DNA of 64,000 nt, from positions 1,054,001-1,118,000 of the forward strand of contig OZ218952.1 of assembly GCA_965112735.1 (NCBI GenBank), given 5' to 3'. Positions 35,878-50,000 of this stretch are shown piece by piece. Position numbers and translations under genes: made by a program. Source of the DNA: Phaeosaccion multiseriatum. Lineage: Eukaryota; Protista; Ochrophyta, other classes. A model generated the notes under the pieces. That model was not told the DNA's origin and searched no databases. It worked only from the letters and a program-made list of their open reading frames with translations. The number at the start of each line of letters is the position of its first letter. The stretch's first letter is position 1.

Positions 35878-36477
35878 TCACCAGTCGTCAAAGAAGAGCA
35901 TGTCCTCAAAGGCCACGCCCGTGTCTCTTTGCAGCCTTCGGAAGTGCTTCTTCTTGCAGCCCGGGTAGATTTGGTTCTCGTGAAAGATGTCCTTCATCAC
36001 CAAGCCGCTCTCTCCCAGCTGCGTCAAGGGGAGGGAGAAATACGTGACATGTAGCATGTTAAGTAGCAATAGGGAAGATAAACGAGAGAGAGAGAGAGAG
36101 ACGTACCATAAACCAACGGTTCTCGTCTGGGGAGTACGCCCCCACCCTACTCATCTCTCCCTCACCTCCATCAGGCCCAGGACTTGCGCCGCGGCCTCAA
36201 CGCAGTGCGTCCTTGAAGCAGTGGCAACCTTGGTCTGCGCCCACTTGGCTCCGCTGTGGAGCTCCAGCAGAATCTTCCTCATGCCCGGAAAGAGCGCAAT
36301 CTCGTGCCCTCGTCTGTCCACCACTCTCCCCAGACCCTCTTCCCCGCCGGCTGGACGTTCACTGCTGTAAGGCTCTCCCGCCATCTCGTCAAGGGCCGGG
36401 TACCAGCAGCAATCGTCCAGGTCGAACACCACCAACGCAGGGAGCTTGAGCTCCTCCCCCTTTTCCCGGCCAGTCAT
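35878..36477 (-). CDS. MDP1: Magnesium-dependent phosphatase 1 (HAD family); exons 36477-36166 and 36018-35882, 3' end unresolved
   Basis: LPALVVFDLDDCCWYP (DxD motif I), ATASRT (motif II), QIYPGCKKKHF (motif III), MLFFDD (motif IV). Confidence 0.88.
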
Positions 36478-36817
36478 CGCCAAGTGTGATCACCCTTGGT
36501 GTGATGCCCAAAAAAACTTGGTGAGCACGCGAAAAAATCCGCGAGCTCGTCAGCAGTTGGGAATTTGGATTTCAGTTGTTGTCCGATGACTAAAAATTTG
36601 AGATTTCTCGCTCCAAAAATACACGAGGCTACTCGCCCATTGTAGAAAAGAGACATTATTAAAGCCGAGAGAGGAAAGGTGGATGGGCTACTCGAAGCGC
36701 TCATAGAAGTGAGACACTGCTTCTAACAGCCGCTATTGCTCCTGCTCATCGCGGGAAAATCTGGGTGTCGCGCGGCCAGACGCTGGGGGCTCTCGGACCT
36801 TAAGCGACCTCAGCGTC

Positions 36818-38674
36818 ATGCCAAACACTATAATGCAAGCTTTGCGGGGATCCAAGAAGACTACGAAGAGCATGGACAACACGGTACCCGCCGACGGGGA
36901 AGGGGAGGAGGATACGTCCGTCGCGCAGGCGTCCATGGCGCCCATGCTGTGCACCACCCCGCCCCCGTCTATATCTCGGATGGTTTGGCAGAACGAGCAA
37001 CAGCAGCGGGAGGAAAAGCAGCAGCAGCAGCAGGAGCAGCAGTTGCTGCAGAGGAAGCTGACGTCGCCTGTGTACGGCGATATTCCCAGGAGCAGGAGCA
37101 GCAGAGAAAGCGTTTGGAGATTGAGGCACATCTATGAGAAGGAGTTGGGGGTACCACGAGAGGAGGAGGAGGCCGAGGCGGAGATGGCAAGGACGCAAGA
37201 CAGGTTGGTAATGAAGCTCCCTAATCATGGGAGATTTCACAGCACCAGCGGAGTGATGGGTAATCGCGCTGCCTTGAACCGGGCCCAGTACCCGGAGGTG
37301 GCAAAGCAGCTTTCTGAGGAAGGTCGTTTGCAAGGGCCGCCGCCTTTCTTTCGGATAGGAGTAGACCATGTCCCGCAGGCGGAGCTGCCACCGCCGCCTC
37401 GAACGTCAGCACCTAGAGCACCGGCAGCGGTGCGCAGAGCACCCTTGGCAGACTCTGCAGGACTGGCTCCGGGGGTGACGCACCGAGGGTGTGGGGTACG
37501 AGAGCTTGTCAGGCCAACATACCTGGCCGCCAGACCGTTCGGACTGTTGCCTCCAACGACGGTGCACGCTGTTCCAATCAATAGTAGCACCGTCGTCGAA
37601 AGCAGCAGCACCCGCGATGGCAGCATGGCCGGCAACGGCAGTCACATGGGCAGCGGCAGCAGCATGGGCAGCAGCGGCAATACGAAGAAGGCTGGAGTAT
37701 CGGCAGCTGACACCGAGCAGGTGGGGTGGGAAGGGGCTTCAGTGATACCCGCCATGGGAGGAGCAGAGCCAGTAGCCCCACCATCCCTGAGTGCAGCGGT
37801 GGTAAGTGGGCAAGCAGCCGAGGAGGACGGAGTGGTGGTGCCAAGTGCAAGCGGCGAGTGGACCGCCAAATCGTCAGAGATTCTCCCTCTCCCAACAATG
37901 GAGGACGGGCAGGGGGGAAGGCGTACGCCCGCCGACGTCGGGCAGTACGGTTTCCTTGAGATGCCCTTGGCGCCATTAGCGGGCGCTCCGAACGCTGCGA
38001 AGCCTCGCTCCTCCTCCGCGGCACTTAATTTGGTGCCTGGCGTTCCGGGCGGGAAAGGTTCTGGCTTTGTGGGTGCGGCAGGAGGGAAACCCGCGTCCCG
38101 GCGTCGCTCCGAGAGCTTTGAGTCGTTTACCATGGGCCTCAAGCCGCTTGAAATCTATCGCGAGAGGGAGCGAAGCCGAGAGCGAGCAAGGAGCGGCGCG
38201 CGGTCCCGGACCGGTACCAGAGACTACGTGCCTGACATTCTCCTCATGGGAGGGCTCTTGGAGGAACATGAGGGGCAAGAGGACAGCAACAATGAAGAGG
38301 AGGAGGGCCTCGGCCTCCGTCACGACTCTACGGCAGCGGCTGCTGCGACGGCTGCTGCTACTGCCTCTGCTGCGGCTGTTTATGACATGCTTCTTGCCGG
38401 GGTGGAGGAAGAGGAGGCAAACGTGAGATATAGCCTCAGCACCCCCGGGGACGGCGGCGAGGGCGTTGGAGACAGGGAGGAAGAGAAGGACGCCATGGAC
38501 AGCAGGCTCTCCTTCACCAACTCTCTGTTGTCCCCTGGCGCCTCGGACTGCTCCATGTCCAAGGCCGACACTGTGGCTGACCCCGCCAACGCCAACACCA
38601 ACGGAAATCATGTGCTGCAGCAGCAACCGCAGCATGTGCCCGGCCTGAGCAGCCTGGCCAACGAGAATACGAGT

Positions 38675-38756
<82 letters not shown>

Positions 38757-40038
38757 CCAACAACACCAACAACAATCACATCAACTCCAACAACAAGCGA
38801 GCGCGGGGGCTGACGAGCATTCGACGGCGGCCGACGGGAGGCGTGAGCCGCGAAGACTGGGCCCTGGGAGTGCTCAAGAATGGCCTGCGGGGGTGGAGGT
38901 TCTTTCAGTCGTGGCACGGCATTCCTTGCACGCGCTCAGAGAAGGTCGTCTTCTACACCGTGGAGAGGGTACGTGTGTATGTGTGTGTGTGTGGGGGGGG
39001 GGGGGGAGGTGGGGGTGGGAGTGGTGGGCGAATTTATTGTCGTTTGTGTGTGCGTGCGTTGGGAGTTTCACTGTGTCTCGCTCCTGGCACTTGTCCATAT
39101 ACCCATACTACACGAGGCAAACCGAAATGATGAGGGAAACAACCGAACCATGTCACCCTCGGTGTATCTGTCTGTCTCACGCTGCTTTGCTTCCTTTCGC
39201 GTCTGTGCCTTGCCTCTTCCCCGACCTCCCCTCAACAATGTTGAATCGTACGCTCCCGAAACAATCACGCAATTCACAGTATTGCGACGACGTGGATTGC
39301 GTCATGCATGGGCAGATCATCCGACTTCTCTCGTACAGACACGTCAAGGAGAAGGGGGGGTGGTCCAACAAGAGCAAGGGCAAGGGCAAAGGAGGCAAGG
39401 CGGGGGGGGGGGCGGGGGTGAAGGGCGGACTCGGCAGCAATAGAGGGGGAGGGGGCGGAGCACCGGGCGGTGTTGCGTCAGGATCAGGAAGGACGACGGC
39501 AAAGATTCTTCCCTTCTACGAGCTGCAGAATGTGTCTTCTTCTGACGGCTCGTCCACCGAGCAGCAGCTGCTGTCGCAGGCTGGCACTCGCTATGACTGG
39601 GGTGTGGGGGACAACGAGGACGATATTCGAAGCTATCGCAGCGACAAGGGGTCCACGGTTGCGCCCTCCGCAACATTTTCCTCGTCAGGAGGACGGAGCG
39701 CAGGAGGTGGAGGAGGAGGGAGAGGACCAATAGCAGGAGAAGGAGGAGGATCAGGAGGAGGAGGATCAGGAGCAGGAGGAGGAGGAGGAGGAGGAGGTGT
39801 GGTGGGAGGGAGCAGTACCGTACGGCGCTCAACAGGGCAGCAGCCGGTCCTCCAGCTCACATTTGCAGATGAGACTATTTTCTTGAAGCTGGCGAGTGAG
39901 AGCGAGCATGACGAGTTCGTGTTGGCCGTTGCAGCGCTGCGCTCCAGCGGGTCCTGGGCATGCCCCGAGAGGGAGTACGAGCTGGATTTGTTCCGACCCA
40001 ACTTGATGGACCACCAGTACCGTATATTGGCGTTGTGA
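36818..40038 (+). CDS. Large low-complexity hypothetical protein with a poly-Asn tract and a putative split PH-like C-terminal domain; exons 36818-38968, 39280-40038
   Basis: Long ORF; phase-0 join TVER|YCDDVD; GVLKNGLRGWRFFQSW...KILPFYELQNV...VLQLTFADETIFLKLASESEHDEFVLAVAAL resembles PH strands and the final helix. Confidence 0.6.
38675..38775 (+). repeat. (AAC)n coding microsatellite (poly-Asn)
   Basis: More than 25 uninterrupted AAC units. Confidence 0.95.
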
Positions 40039-40698
40039 AGGTACGGTGGTGGTACGATATATAAAGGGAGGGAAGCTTCAGTTTCAGTTCATTGATTTCG
40101 AAGCGGGTCAATGTGTCGAGAATTGTATCATGGAGTATAGAGGAGGGGGAGATTCGATGAAGGGAGGGGAGCTTCAGTTTTAGTGGATTGATTTCCAAGT
40201 GGGTCATGGAGTGTAGGGTCACAGGGTTCACAAGAACGAGCGTTTTAGTTGTGCAGGCAGATAGATATAGGGTATGCGACTTGGGCCCTCCCCCTCTCTC
40301 AGGAAGGGAGAGAGGGAGGGAGGTGGCTGCCCGCACGTGTGCGCCCTTCCCTGGCCAGGGTCGCTGTTGTTTGCCCGTTCGGTTGGTTTCATTGCCCCAC
40401 AGAGGATAACAAGTGTAATCCTCCTTCTTCACCACCATGTCGTTGTTACAGATGTGGTGGTCAGTCCTTTGCAGTGTGCAGTATTTAGTATTACAGTCGA
40501 CAGAGATGGACGACTGACTGCACTGTTCCCTTCGTCGTTGCCGTGCCTTGCGCTTTGGCTTACGATGAAGTACTTTTTAACTTTGACTTACGGTTAGTAC
40601 AGTACAAATATGGGGGAAAAACATATATACACACCCTGTATTATTGCAAGGCGCCACACTCAAACAATCATATGATCCTATGTGAGTAAATGAGTCTC

Positions 40699-42179
40699 TC
40701 ATTGGATGGCCGTGCGGGCAATGGTACCGACCTCTCCCCTCCCCCCCTCGGCCCTGGCTGCATTGCTGGTATATGTGGCTTGCCAGAGGTCGTTGAGCAG
40801 CCGGTCGTCAGTGCCTCCAAAGTAGCCCGCGAACCCCCCAAACAGGAGAGCAGCAGCAGGAGTAGCAGTTGGTGATACAGTAGCAGTCTGTGTCTCAATC
40901 TGCCGCAAAACAACCCCACTGCTCCGCCCACACGGCTTCTTCTTCTTCTTCTTCTTCGCAGCAGCAGCAGCAGCAGCACCACCCCCTTCCCCATCCTCTT
41001 CTCCTTCTCCCTTCCCTGGGTGGTGGTGGAGATGGTGAGGAGCTCCTGAAACCGCAGCGTTATCATCACCATCCCGAGTCCAGAGCTCCGTACGCAGGTC
41101 AAAGGTCCATGCATCTTCGTAGAAGGGGTCCGTAGGGCCCGTGCCATCCTGAGAGAGAGGAGAGAGAGAGGGGGGGCGGTGAGGCGTTTCAGGTGGGAGA
41201 GAGAGAGGGGGGGCGAGAGAGAAAGAGAAAGGGTGGGCGAGTCAAAAGTGTGTGAGGGTGATACGGTTGTCCCAGTTGCCGGGGGTTGGTTTGTGAGAGA
41301 GAGCAGGCAGGAAAGCATTATCCATAGCGTAGATGGAGAGCTACGGTGCGAGCCTCCTATATATGGACTTCCTCCCGTCCTTTCCTTCCCTTCTCTTTCC
41401 TTCCTTGCCCTGGCTCCCCCCCCCCCTCCCTGTCCTTCCCTTTGCCCGCTGTTGCTTGCTTGCTTGGCTTGGCTTTACTTTGCTTTACCTGACCACCGAA
41501 TATTGTGAATCGGGTGGGCTCCTTCGCGTCGTACAGCACCGCCGCGCCATGCCGCGAGGGTGGAAACGAGCCTGCTCGTCCTTCTCCTTGTCCTGCTGCT
41601 GCTGGTACTACTTGTTCCCAGGCAATCCGTACCACTCTCTCGGAAGCCGCAGACCCCCTCCCCGAATATGGTGGCATCCTGCCCTCCTCATTCTCCTCCT
41701 CCTCCTTCTCGGGGCCCTGGGAGAGGGTGAGGGTTGCTTTCCAGGTGGTAGCCTGGTCCTCGCCCATAGCATTAGACCCTCCATATACCAGCATGCCCAG
41801 CTCCTCGCGTCCTCCCCCACCCCCGTCCTCCCCCTCATCCGCCTCATGCCCCTCTCCTCTTCCTTCTCCTCCGCTCCCCCCCCCACTCCTCCTCTTGTGG
41901 TGACCCTCCTCCTCTTCCTTGGTGGACACCAGACGGAAGGGGGCCGCCGCGTGGTTTGCAAGCCCCGGGGGGGCTGCACCCAGGGGGACCGCAGGGTCAA
42001 GGTGAGGGTTTCCACCGCCTACACTGTCTACCACCACCTTCTGCCAACAGACCGCCGCTCTCGCCCCGCTGGTATCCCCCTTCTCGTCCCCTGTTGTTGC
42101 TGTTGTTGTTGCTAGGTGAAGGCTTGCCACGTCAAGCGCCCACGTGTCGGATAGAACGCCTTCTCCGGCCGCATGTACA

Positions 42180-42231
<52 letters not shown>

Positions 42232-43580
42232 TGTCATGCGTGTATGCCCATTGGATCGAAGCAGTGGAAGCGGAGCAGCAGGAGGAGGGGGATAGAAAGA
42301 GAAGGGGGGCGATAAATTATGGAGAGAAGGCTTTCCGAAGAGCAAGCATAGAACAAGAGGGCAAAAGGGCAGGCACACCGCAGCAGCAGTGACGTTCCTC
42401 CACGCCGATGGCCGAAGAAAGGTCATCCTTCCAAGCAAAGCCCACGGGTCACGAGGCAGAGTATGAAATGCTCATGACGTAACGGTGGGGAAGGGGTAAG
42501 GGGGGACACGAGGGACGAAACGGAACGGAACGGTTTCGACAGAGGAAAGGCACAGCAACCCTGACATTACCCCCAAGTATACCTAAATACGCAGAAGGAT
42601 GGAGAGGGAGGAAGGGAGGGAGGGAGCGAGAGAGAGAGGCCTGTAGCCTGTGTACCTGCCTACCTGTGATTCCTAAGCCTCCATGCACCACGAGCCAGCC
42701 CTGGACGAGGATGCCGGTGTGCCCCGAGCGCGGAGGCGGGGCGACCTCTTGGAGGACCTCCTCCCACTCCCCTGCGGCTTTGTCGAACAGCCAGAGGTCC
42801 CCTTCGGAGCCACGCAGCGGAGCAAGAAGCACACGAGAAGAGACGTGTCATAAAGAAGCAACACGGGCAGGAAGCAGTAACGTAGGATGGAGTCTTGCGT
42901 GGCAGCAGTGGAAGCAACGGTGTAAAGTCAGGGTTTACACCTTACCGAGGGGACCAGCGAGGGAGCTCATCCCGCCAAAGAGCAGCGCTCCGACCCCGGC
43001 TACGGCATTCACTGAAGCCCCGAAGCGAGCTTTGGGTACAAGGGAAGGGGAGAGATGCTCCCACTCGAGAGAAGGAGATAAGCTATACCTGAGGAATAGG
43101 AAGGGGGGGGGGAGGGCAATTAGGGGGGGGGGGGGGAATACCCCGGTAGGGCGAGGACTGGGCTGCGGCAGGCCAACTCCGTGGGGGCCTTTTGAATAAA
43201 TACTTACGTGTCCGATAGAGTGTGCCAGCAGCACGACGAGCTACAGCCTCCAAACATGAGCTAAGACGACGAGAGAGAGGCAGAGCGAGAGAGAGGGAGA
43301 AGGGCACAGGGGGGCAGGGTAGAAGAGGAAGCCAGACGGGATGAGAGGGAAGCGAGAGAGTGTGTGTTCACCACCGTATGTGACTCACCATGCTCCCATC
43401 TTCCAAGAGGCAGCCTGCCATGCCTAGCAACGGCGGAGGGACGTCTCCTGCAGGGGCAACTTGCTTCCAACTGAGCGCATCTGCAGCAGCACTGCCTCTG
43501 AGCTGGAGGAGGAGAAGCAGTGGTAGCAGCCGCTGAGGAGCAGCCTCACCTCGCCGGCGCCGCCGTGACATGCTGCTCAT
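40699..43580 (-). CDS. Kelch-repeat beta-propeller protein with signal peptide, about 6 exons
   Basis: Hydrophobic [10 protein letters not shown] leader; repeated GG motifs: LMFGGC, PKARFGAS..LLFGGM, PPPRSGHT..VVHGGL, LVYGGS, PPSRHGAA..IFGGQ, LLFGGF..LLNDLW; stop at 40699-40701. Confidence 0.85.
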
Positions 43581-43823
43581 CCACGCCCCCTTTGGAAAGA
43601 AGAATATGGAGTGGGTTGAGAAAAGGAGCCTCAGGAGCAGGAAGACACTACCAACCGCAGCTGTAGCACGATCGTAGCACCACCAGCGAGTAGCCTCGAG
43701 CGCTGTATAAAAGGAGAATGTGAAAAGGGGATAAAAGTAAGAGAAGAACGTCGGGTTTCCATCCCGGCGTATTTCACCCCAAGCGCGAGATCAACATACC
43801 AAACGACAAGGCCAGACAAGGCC

Positions 43824-45632
43824 ATGCCTCGGAAGAGTACAGCCAGTAGCAGTAGCAGGAAGGCCGAAAAGGAGGAAGCAGCGGCTGCTGCGGCGCTGTC
43901 TCCCCTGGTGTTGTCGCTGCTGCACCATGGTGATGGCATTGAAGCGCTCTTGCAGCTTTGCTCCAAGCTGCCCTCAGAGGTAAACAACTCCTCCCCCCTC
44001 GTTCGCGCCTATACACACGTGCCCGAGCATATGATCTCATTCGTCTTGCTTGTGCTGCTGCGCTGTTGCTCTTGCGCACTTGGACTAATACACGTTGATC
44101 CCAATCCCAGGTCGGCGACAACTATCGCGAGTTGCGATACCTGGACTCGCAGTCGCAAGCTTTGATACGTGACCTGCACAACGTCCAGAGCGAAGTCCTG
44201 GACAGTGCAAAGAGGGGATTTTGGGAGGTGCGTCTTCCAAGTGGGGAGAGAGGAGGACAGGAGCAAGGCCTGTGCTTTTTGAAGCACTCTTTCCTCTCTC
44301 TCTCTTACCGCTGCCACTGATGACTGCGAATCGCTCCGCTCGTCATGAACAACCAGAACCTTTTACTACCCATCCGCCCGTCCCATGCTGTCCGTTATTT
44401 GCCCCTCCTTAAATCCCAATCCTGCGACCACTTTATAATAGCCTGCCAAGCTAACGGTCCCCCCATTCCCACAGTCACGGCCCATAGTTACTAGTCCCCC
44501 CTTCCTTTAGGAGGAGGGTCTGCTCACCACCCCCCACCTCCCCCCCACACGACTACCGCAGGCCCTGATTCCCGGCGACCTTGATAACCTCGTCCTTCCT
44601 CAGCTAATGGAGGCTGTCCACCTCAAGCGGGAGGAGATTGAGCACAAGTTGGCAGAGAAGGTACGAACGAACACTCCAATCTTTCACCGACCATCCACCC
44701 TCCCTGGGTGTATGAGTCTGAGTGTGTGTGTATGGGTGTGGGTGTGCGGGGTTGCTCATCGTACTTCAGGTATCGCTGTCACCTCCACTAGTTTCGAAGT
44801 CTCTTCAGTTACCATACTCCGAGCTCATGAGCTGTAATTAATATACACCTCCTCCCTCCCTCCATCTCATGTCCTTCCCTCACCCCCCTCCCACACCCAC
44901 ACTTGTCCTATACCGCTCTCCCACCCCCGCTTCCTTCCATTGCCATACATGTGTATCCGGTACTCCGTCGGCATCATCTTTATGTCTCTGTCACCATCCA
45001 CGATCCCCCCACTGCCATCCTCCTTAAGGTGTCCATTCCGGTGAAGGCCTACGACGCTGTGGACCAATGCATCATCTCCATCGACGAGTGCAAGGCCCGC
45101 TGGGAGAAGGACATTTTGCAGCGCACAGGGGAGGCGCCCCTCCCCCCCATCACCGCTCCGCCCCCGCCCCCCGCAGCAGTCAGGACCAGTAAAAGGTGTG
45201 TGTGCGCGTGTGCGTGTGCATGCCTGTGTCTCTGTCTGTTTGTCTCTGTGTGTGTGCGTGTGTGGCTGTGCCGAGGCCGTGGGGGATGGGGGCAGCGAGC
45301 CCGCCCGTTGCCTCGCAGTAGAGAGCGCTCTCTAGAGAGCGCAACTACCCGTCCGATTCAGTTTCAGTTTGTGGTGCTCGTGTGCTGCTTTTTTGGACTT
45401 GGCCGTGGGACGTAGGGGTGCTTGCCGTTTCAGAAGTGTCGAAGGGTCGGGAAAGTGTTAAGACTGGCAGCAGGCAGCAGGATGAGATGTCAGGACTGGC
45501 ATGCAGCATGATGACATGGTGGTCTTTGTCTTAGCAGACGGGGCTCGCTTCCAAGCCCCGCATCACACCTCATCCTCCCTTCCCTCCCGTACGTGGTGCT
45601 GTCTCCCTCCCTCCCTCTTGCTACTACTACTT

Positions 45633-45679
<47 letters not shown>

Positions 45680-46130
45680 GCTACTACTACTACTACTGCT
45701 ACTACTGCTACTTACTCCTCCCTCTCTGTCGGCGCGTGATGCAACTAAACAACGCCTGATGCAACTAAGCTCTCATCGGAAGAAGGGATCCTCCAAGAGA
45801 GGGGCATCGGCGGCAGCCAAGGGTGTGTCAGTGATGCCAGAGGTCAACCCCAACGAGCCGCTCTACTGCCTCTGCCAAAAGGGGCAGTCCGGAGAGATGG
45901 TGGCCTGTGACAATGAGGAGTGCTCCATCGAATGGTTCCACTATGCCTGTGTGGGCATCAAGGAGGCACCCGAGGAGTGGTACTGCCCCCTGTGTGGGGG
46001 GCCTGACCCGGTGGGGGACGCACTGGAGAAGGCAAAGATGGCAGCCGAACAAGCGGCGAACATGAAGAAGAAGGCAGGCAGCAGGGTGGGGGCAGGGGGG
46101 AGCGCATCGACGGCAATGGACGTGGGCTGA
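43824..46130 (+). CDS. ING-family PHD finger protein; exons 43824-43979, 44111-44227, 44562-44660, 45029-45195, 45770-46130
   Basis: N-terminal LPSE|[12 protein letters not shown] and EK|V...AYDAVD (ING coiled coil); [51 protein letters not shown]. Confidence 0.9.
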
Positions 46131-47006
46131 GTGAGGCAATCACTAAGTCAATGGGTGATGAGTAGAATGCATTGAAGGTCCACAAGAGGAGGGAGAGGAG
46201 GATGGGGAGGAGGAGGAGGAGGAGGAGGAGGAGGAGGAGGAGGAGGAAACCGAAAAGCCGGAGAGAGTGCCTTGGCGCTGTGGGAACAGGAGCTTCTCAT
46301 CCGAAAACGAAGGCATGAAGCAGTGAAGAAGAAGACAGGCGGTGGGATGGCTCTCAACACGACCGAACGACAGAACGACCGGTTGCCTCCTCCTGACGTT
46401 AGTTCGTGATTTCGATGTGGTTGGGGGACGAGTTTCTGTGGCTGGCTGCTGTAGTGTGGAGCACAAGTGGCAGAGACACAATGCATGCTCATGTCGGGAT
46501 GAGAATGAAAACGCAGGCAGGGAGAGAGGGAGGGAGGGAGGGCCTGGCATGGCCATGACGGCGTGAGGGGTGGGGGCGGGGTGGAGGGGGCTTTGTAGGC
46601 CGCCCTCCCTCCCTCCCTCCCTCCCTCCTCCCTCCCTCCCTCTCCTCGGGCCTCACCAGCGCAAGGCAGAGGCGTGGCCAGCACGACCAAGCACGAGCGA
46701 GCGCCACAAGACTGGGTGTGGGGTGTGAGGCAAATTGTAATGAGGGAAGGTGGTGGCAACAACAACAACAACAACAACATAAAAGAATAAAAAAGCTTTC
46801 CAGCGCCGTGTGCGTCCCGCGTGAGTGTGCGCGGTCATACCGTCGACTTTGATTTTCAGTTTACTGACCCCTGAAACAAAAAAAGAAAATCGAAAAAGGG
46901 ATTGGAAGGTCTAAGCGCTCAGAATTGAGTCTACTGTAAGAAGCGGCGTTAAGACCAGGATCCTCACAACTCACTACTGGGCCCACCCACGTCCCTTCCG
47001 AGGTGG

Positions 47007-50000
47007 TCATACTATCGTCGCCAGAGCCGTCTGGAGGTGCTGCACGGCGGCCATTGCCAGCCCCGCCTCTCTGCAGCGGATGGTCACGTCTGCAGTGCCC
47101 CTTTGCGGCCACAGCTTAATATGCAGCAGCAGCAACCCCTCGCCGGAGCTGACTTCGCCAGCACAGATGCCCTCGTTTGTCTGTCGTTTGGGGGGAGGGA
47201 GGGAGACGGATAAGAGAGGGAGTGAGAGGGAGGCGGGGGGGGGGGGGGGAGAGAGAAAGAGCGGAGCTGGTACTGTCCTTCCGGTGAGCAGACTCTGTGG
47301 ACCGTAATGTGCCCAGTGCCTTGTGGGATATTGTGGACACTGAACACCGATAACCGGCACAATCCCCTCTTTCCCCTCGACAAGCTCAGCTCAGCTCCTT
47401 CCAGTCTCAGTCATTCTTCTCTCTCTCCTTCCCCTTCGGCCTTGTCCTCCTCCCCCCCATGCCCCCTCCCTCCTCCTTACCGTGCTGATCACCTCCACGA
47501 TGCCTATTTGCAGTGCCCCAGCCACCTTCGCAACCGCAGCCTGCGCACTCCCCCCCCCCCCGCCCAGCCCCAACCCAACCGCCTTTCGCTCTGCGTTGCC
47601 CGCCTTGATCCACTGCGGCCCAAAGGCCTGGGTACTCATCTCCAAGGGCCTACTCTGCTTTCCCTGGTAGCTGAATACCGAGGGGCCAATCGACGTGGCC
47701 GCGGCAGCACCAGACCCTCCACCCTCACCACCACCACCACCACCACCACCACCACCACCACCGCCCAAACCGCCCATACCGCCCAAGAGCTCCAGTGTGG
47801 ATGGCACCCGAGGCGCAGCGGTAGCAGCAGTCGCAGTGACGGGGGTGGGGGATAGTAGCGAGGCCAGGTCCAGCATCTCTGGGCCTGTACCACTTTCTCC
47901 GTTGCTCTTCCCGGCCGTGGCGTCCAAAGCTTTGACTGACTGACTGTCTGGCGAGCCCAATCCTATTAGTAAGTCGCCATTGCCGTTCGCTGCTGCTGCT
48001 GGTGGTACTTGTGCTGCTGCTGCTGCTGCTGCTGCCTTAGCTCCTCCTGCCCCCTCCCCAGCGTCCGTAACAGAGTCTAGCGCCAGTAAGTCTACCATGG
48101 GAGCCGCTGCTGTATCACCAACTGGCGCTGATGCTGGTGCTGATGAGGGCGAAGCTGCTGCCGCTCTATTAACATGGGTCGAGGAGGAACCTCCTCCTCT
48201 CGAGCTTCCGCTTGCCCGTCGCCCTCCTACTCCTACTCCTCCTCCCACTCCTCCTCCTCCTCCTCCGCCTCCCACACCCCCTCCTCCCATGCCTCCGAAG
48301 AGCTGGGCAGCCATTGCCTCCTTCTGCTGTTTGGCCGCTCGAGAGGCCTCAGACTCCACCTCCTCCTCCTCTCCTCGCAGCGACTTCCTGTCAACACCAC
48401 CACCACCACCACCACTCGCCTCAGCCCCTGGTCCTCCATCCGTTGCTGCGGACGACAATCGCCCCCCTCCTCCTCCCCCACCTTCGCCTCTCACACCCAT
48501 TCCCAGCCCCGAAGTTGTCTTTGGCGGTGCAGCAGGAGGGGTTGGTTTTGGCTTTCCCATAGACTGTGGGCCCCACACCTGGGCTGTCGCTTTCAGTTGC
48601 AGGCTTGCCAGATCGGAAATTTGCTCCACACCGCTGTCTCCCCCTCCCCCCCCCCCACCTGCCCCCCCCCCGCTCCCTCCTCCTGCTGCTGTGGTTGCAT
48701 CTATCGAAGGCGCTACCTGCCCTAATGGCTTGTTGGTGTCAGGCGCCGCGTATGGAGTGTGGTTGAGCGAGCTTGTAGAGACCCTTGGCCGCAATTGGAC
48801 CTTCAAGGCCTCGTCTTCCTCCAGCCTCGGGGCGTATCTTGCCGCCCCATTCGCCAGCGCCTGTGCAGAAGTTGGTGATACGGCAGCAGCAGTAGCAGCA
48901 GCCACGAAGGGAGCGGGAAGGAAGGAAGAGAGAAGCGAGCAGGAGGATGAGCGATCGGAAGTGGCACATCAAAAGGAGAAGGAGGAGAAGGAGGAGAAGA
49001 AGAAACGGATTGTGTGGCCCTTCCCTCCAGCACGCACAAGCACTGGCGGGGTGTGTCGGTCGGGCAAGAGCACTCACTCACTACCTTCATAGCACCATTC
49101 ATCACTGACTGACTGACTGACTGCTGACTGACTGACTGACTGACTAACTCACTCACTCAACTCACGCACTCACGCTCTCACGCACGCACTCACTCCCGCA
49201 CCACCTTACCTCCGCCACCATCCCATCCAGAAAGGAGAGATTCTCGTCCACCTCTACGTCCTCGCAGCTCGCGTCAAGGGGCATGACATCAACAAGCGCC
49301 TGGCATTGGGCCGGGCGACAGGATGACAGAGCAACGATGGGAGAGGGAGAGAGAGGGAGAGGGCAAAGGACGGGAATGTGATAGGGCGACAGACAGAGTG
49401 AGGATAGGAGAGGGAGGGGGGGGGGAAGAGGGTGGGAGGGCAGGCAACCGGAACAACGGGGGAGAAGGCGGATTGGACAACAATGGCGGATTGGAACACA
49501 ATGAAGGTGCTGGGGGCAGGCCCAGGCTGAGGCTAGGCTGAAGCGAAGCCAAACACGCCTGATCCACTCCCTCTTTTCGTGTTCTACACACATTCAGACG
49601 ATGTGTCAAAATAGGCTCAGTTCGAGTTTCTGCTTTCGCAAGAGCCATGGGGTATTCGTCCTCTGGTATACTCTCCTCATCGCCTCACAGTCAATCAAAC
49701 CTCCCTCCCTCCCTCCCTCCCTCCTTCCTTCCTACCTGCGGGTGTTGCAGCAGTGCAGAGAACTCCAACGCTCTTTGCTGAAGGTCCACTTGCGACCACT
49801 GCGAGTACTGAGCCAGCACATTGGACACCACCTTGGGCACTGTGCCGGCCTGGGCAGTGAGCTTCAGGAGGGCCGTAAGCACGTACCCCGCTGTTTGCCC
49901 GTCCTTCACACCACCGAGTGTCAGGACTCGGTCGCTTAGACCTTTGGAGGGGAGGGGAGGGAGCGAGGGAGGGAGGGGTGAGGCAGTGGGGATCCATCGG

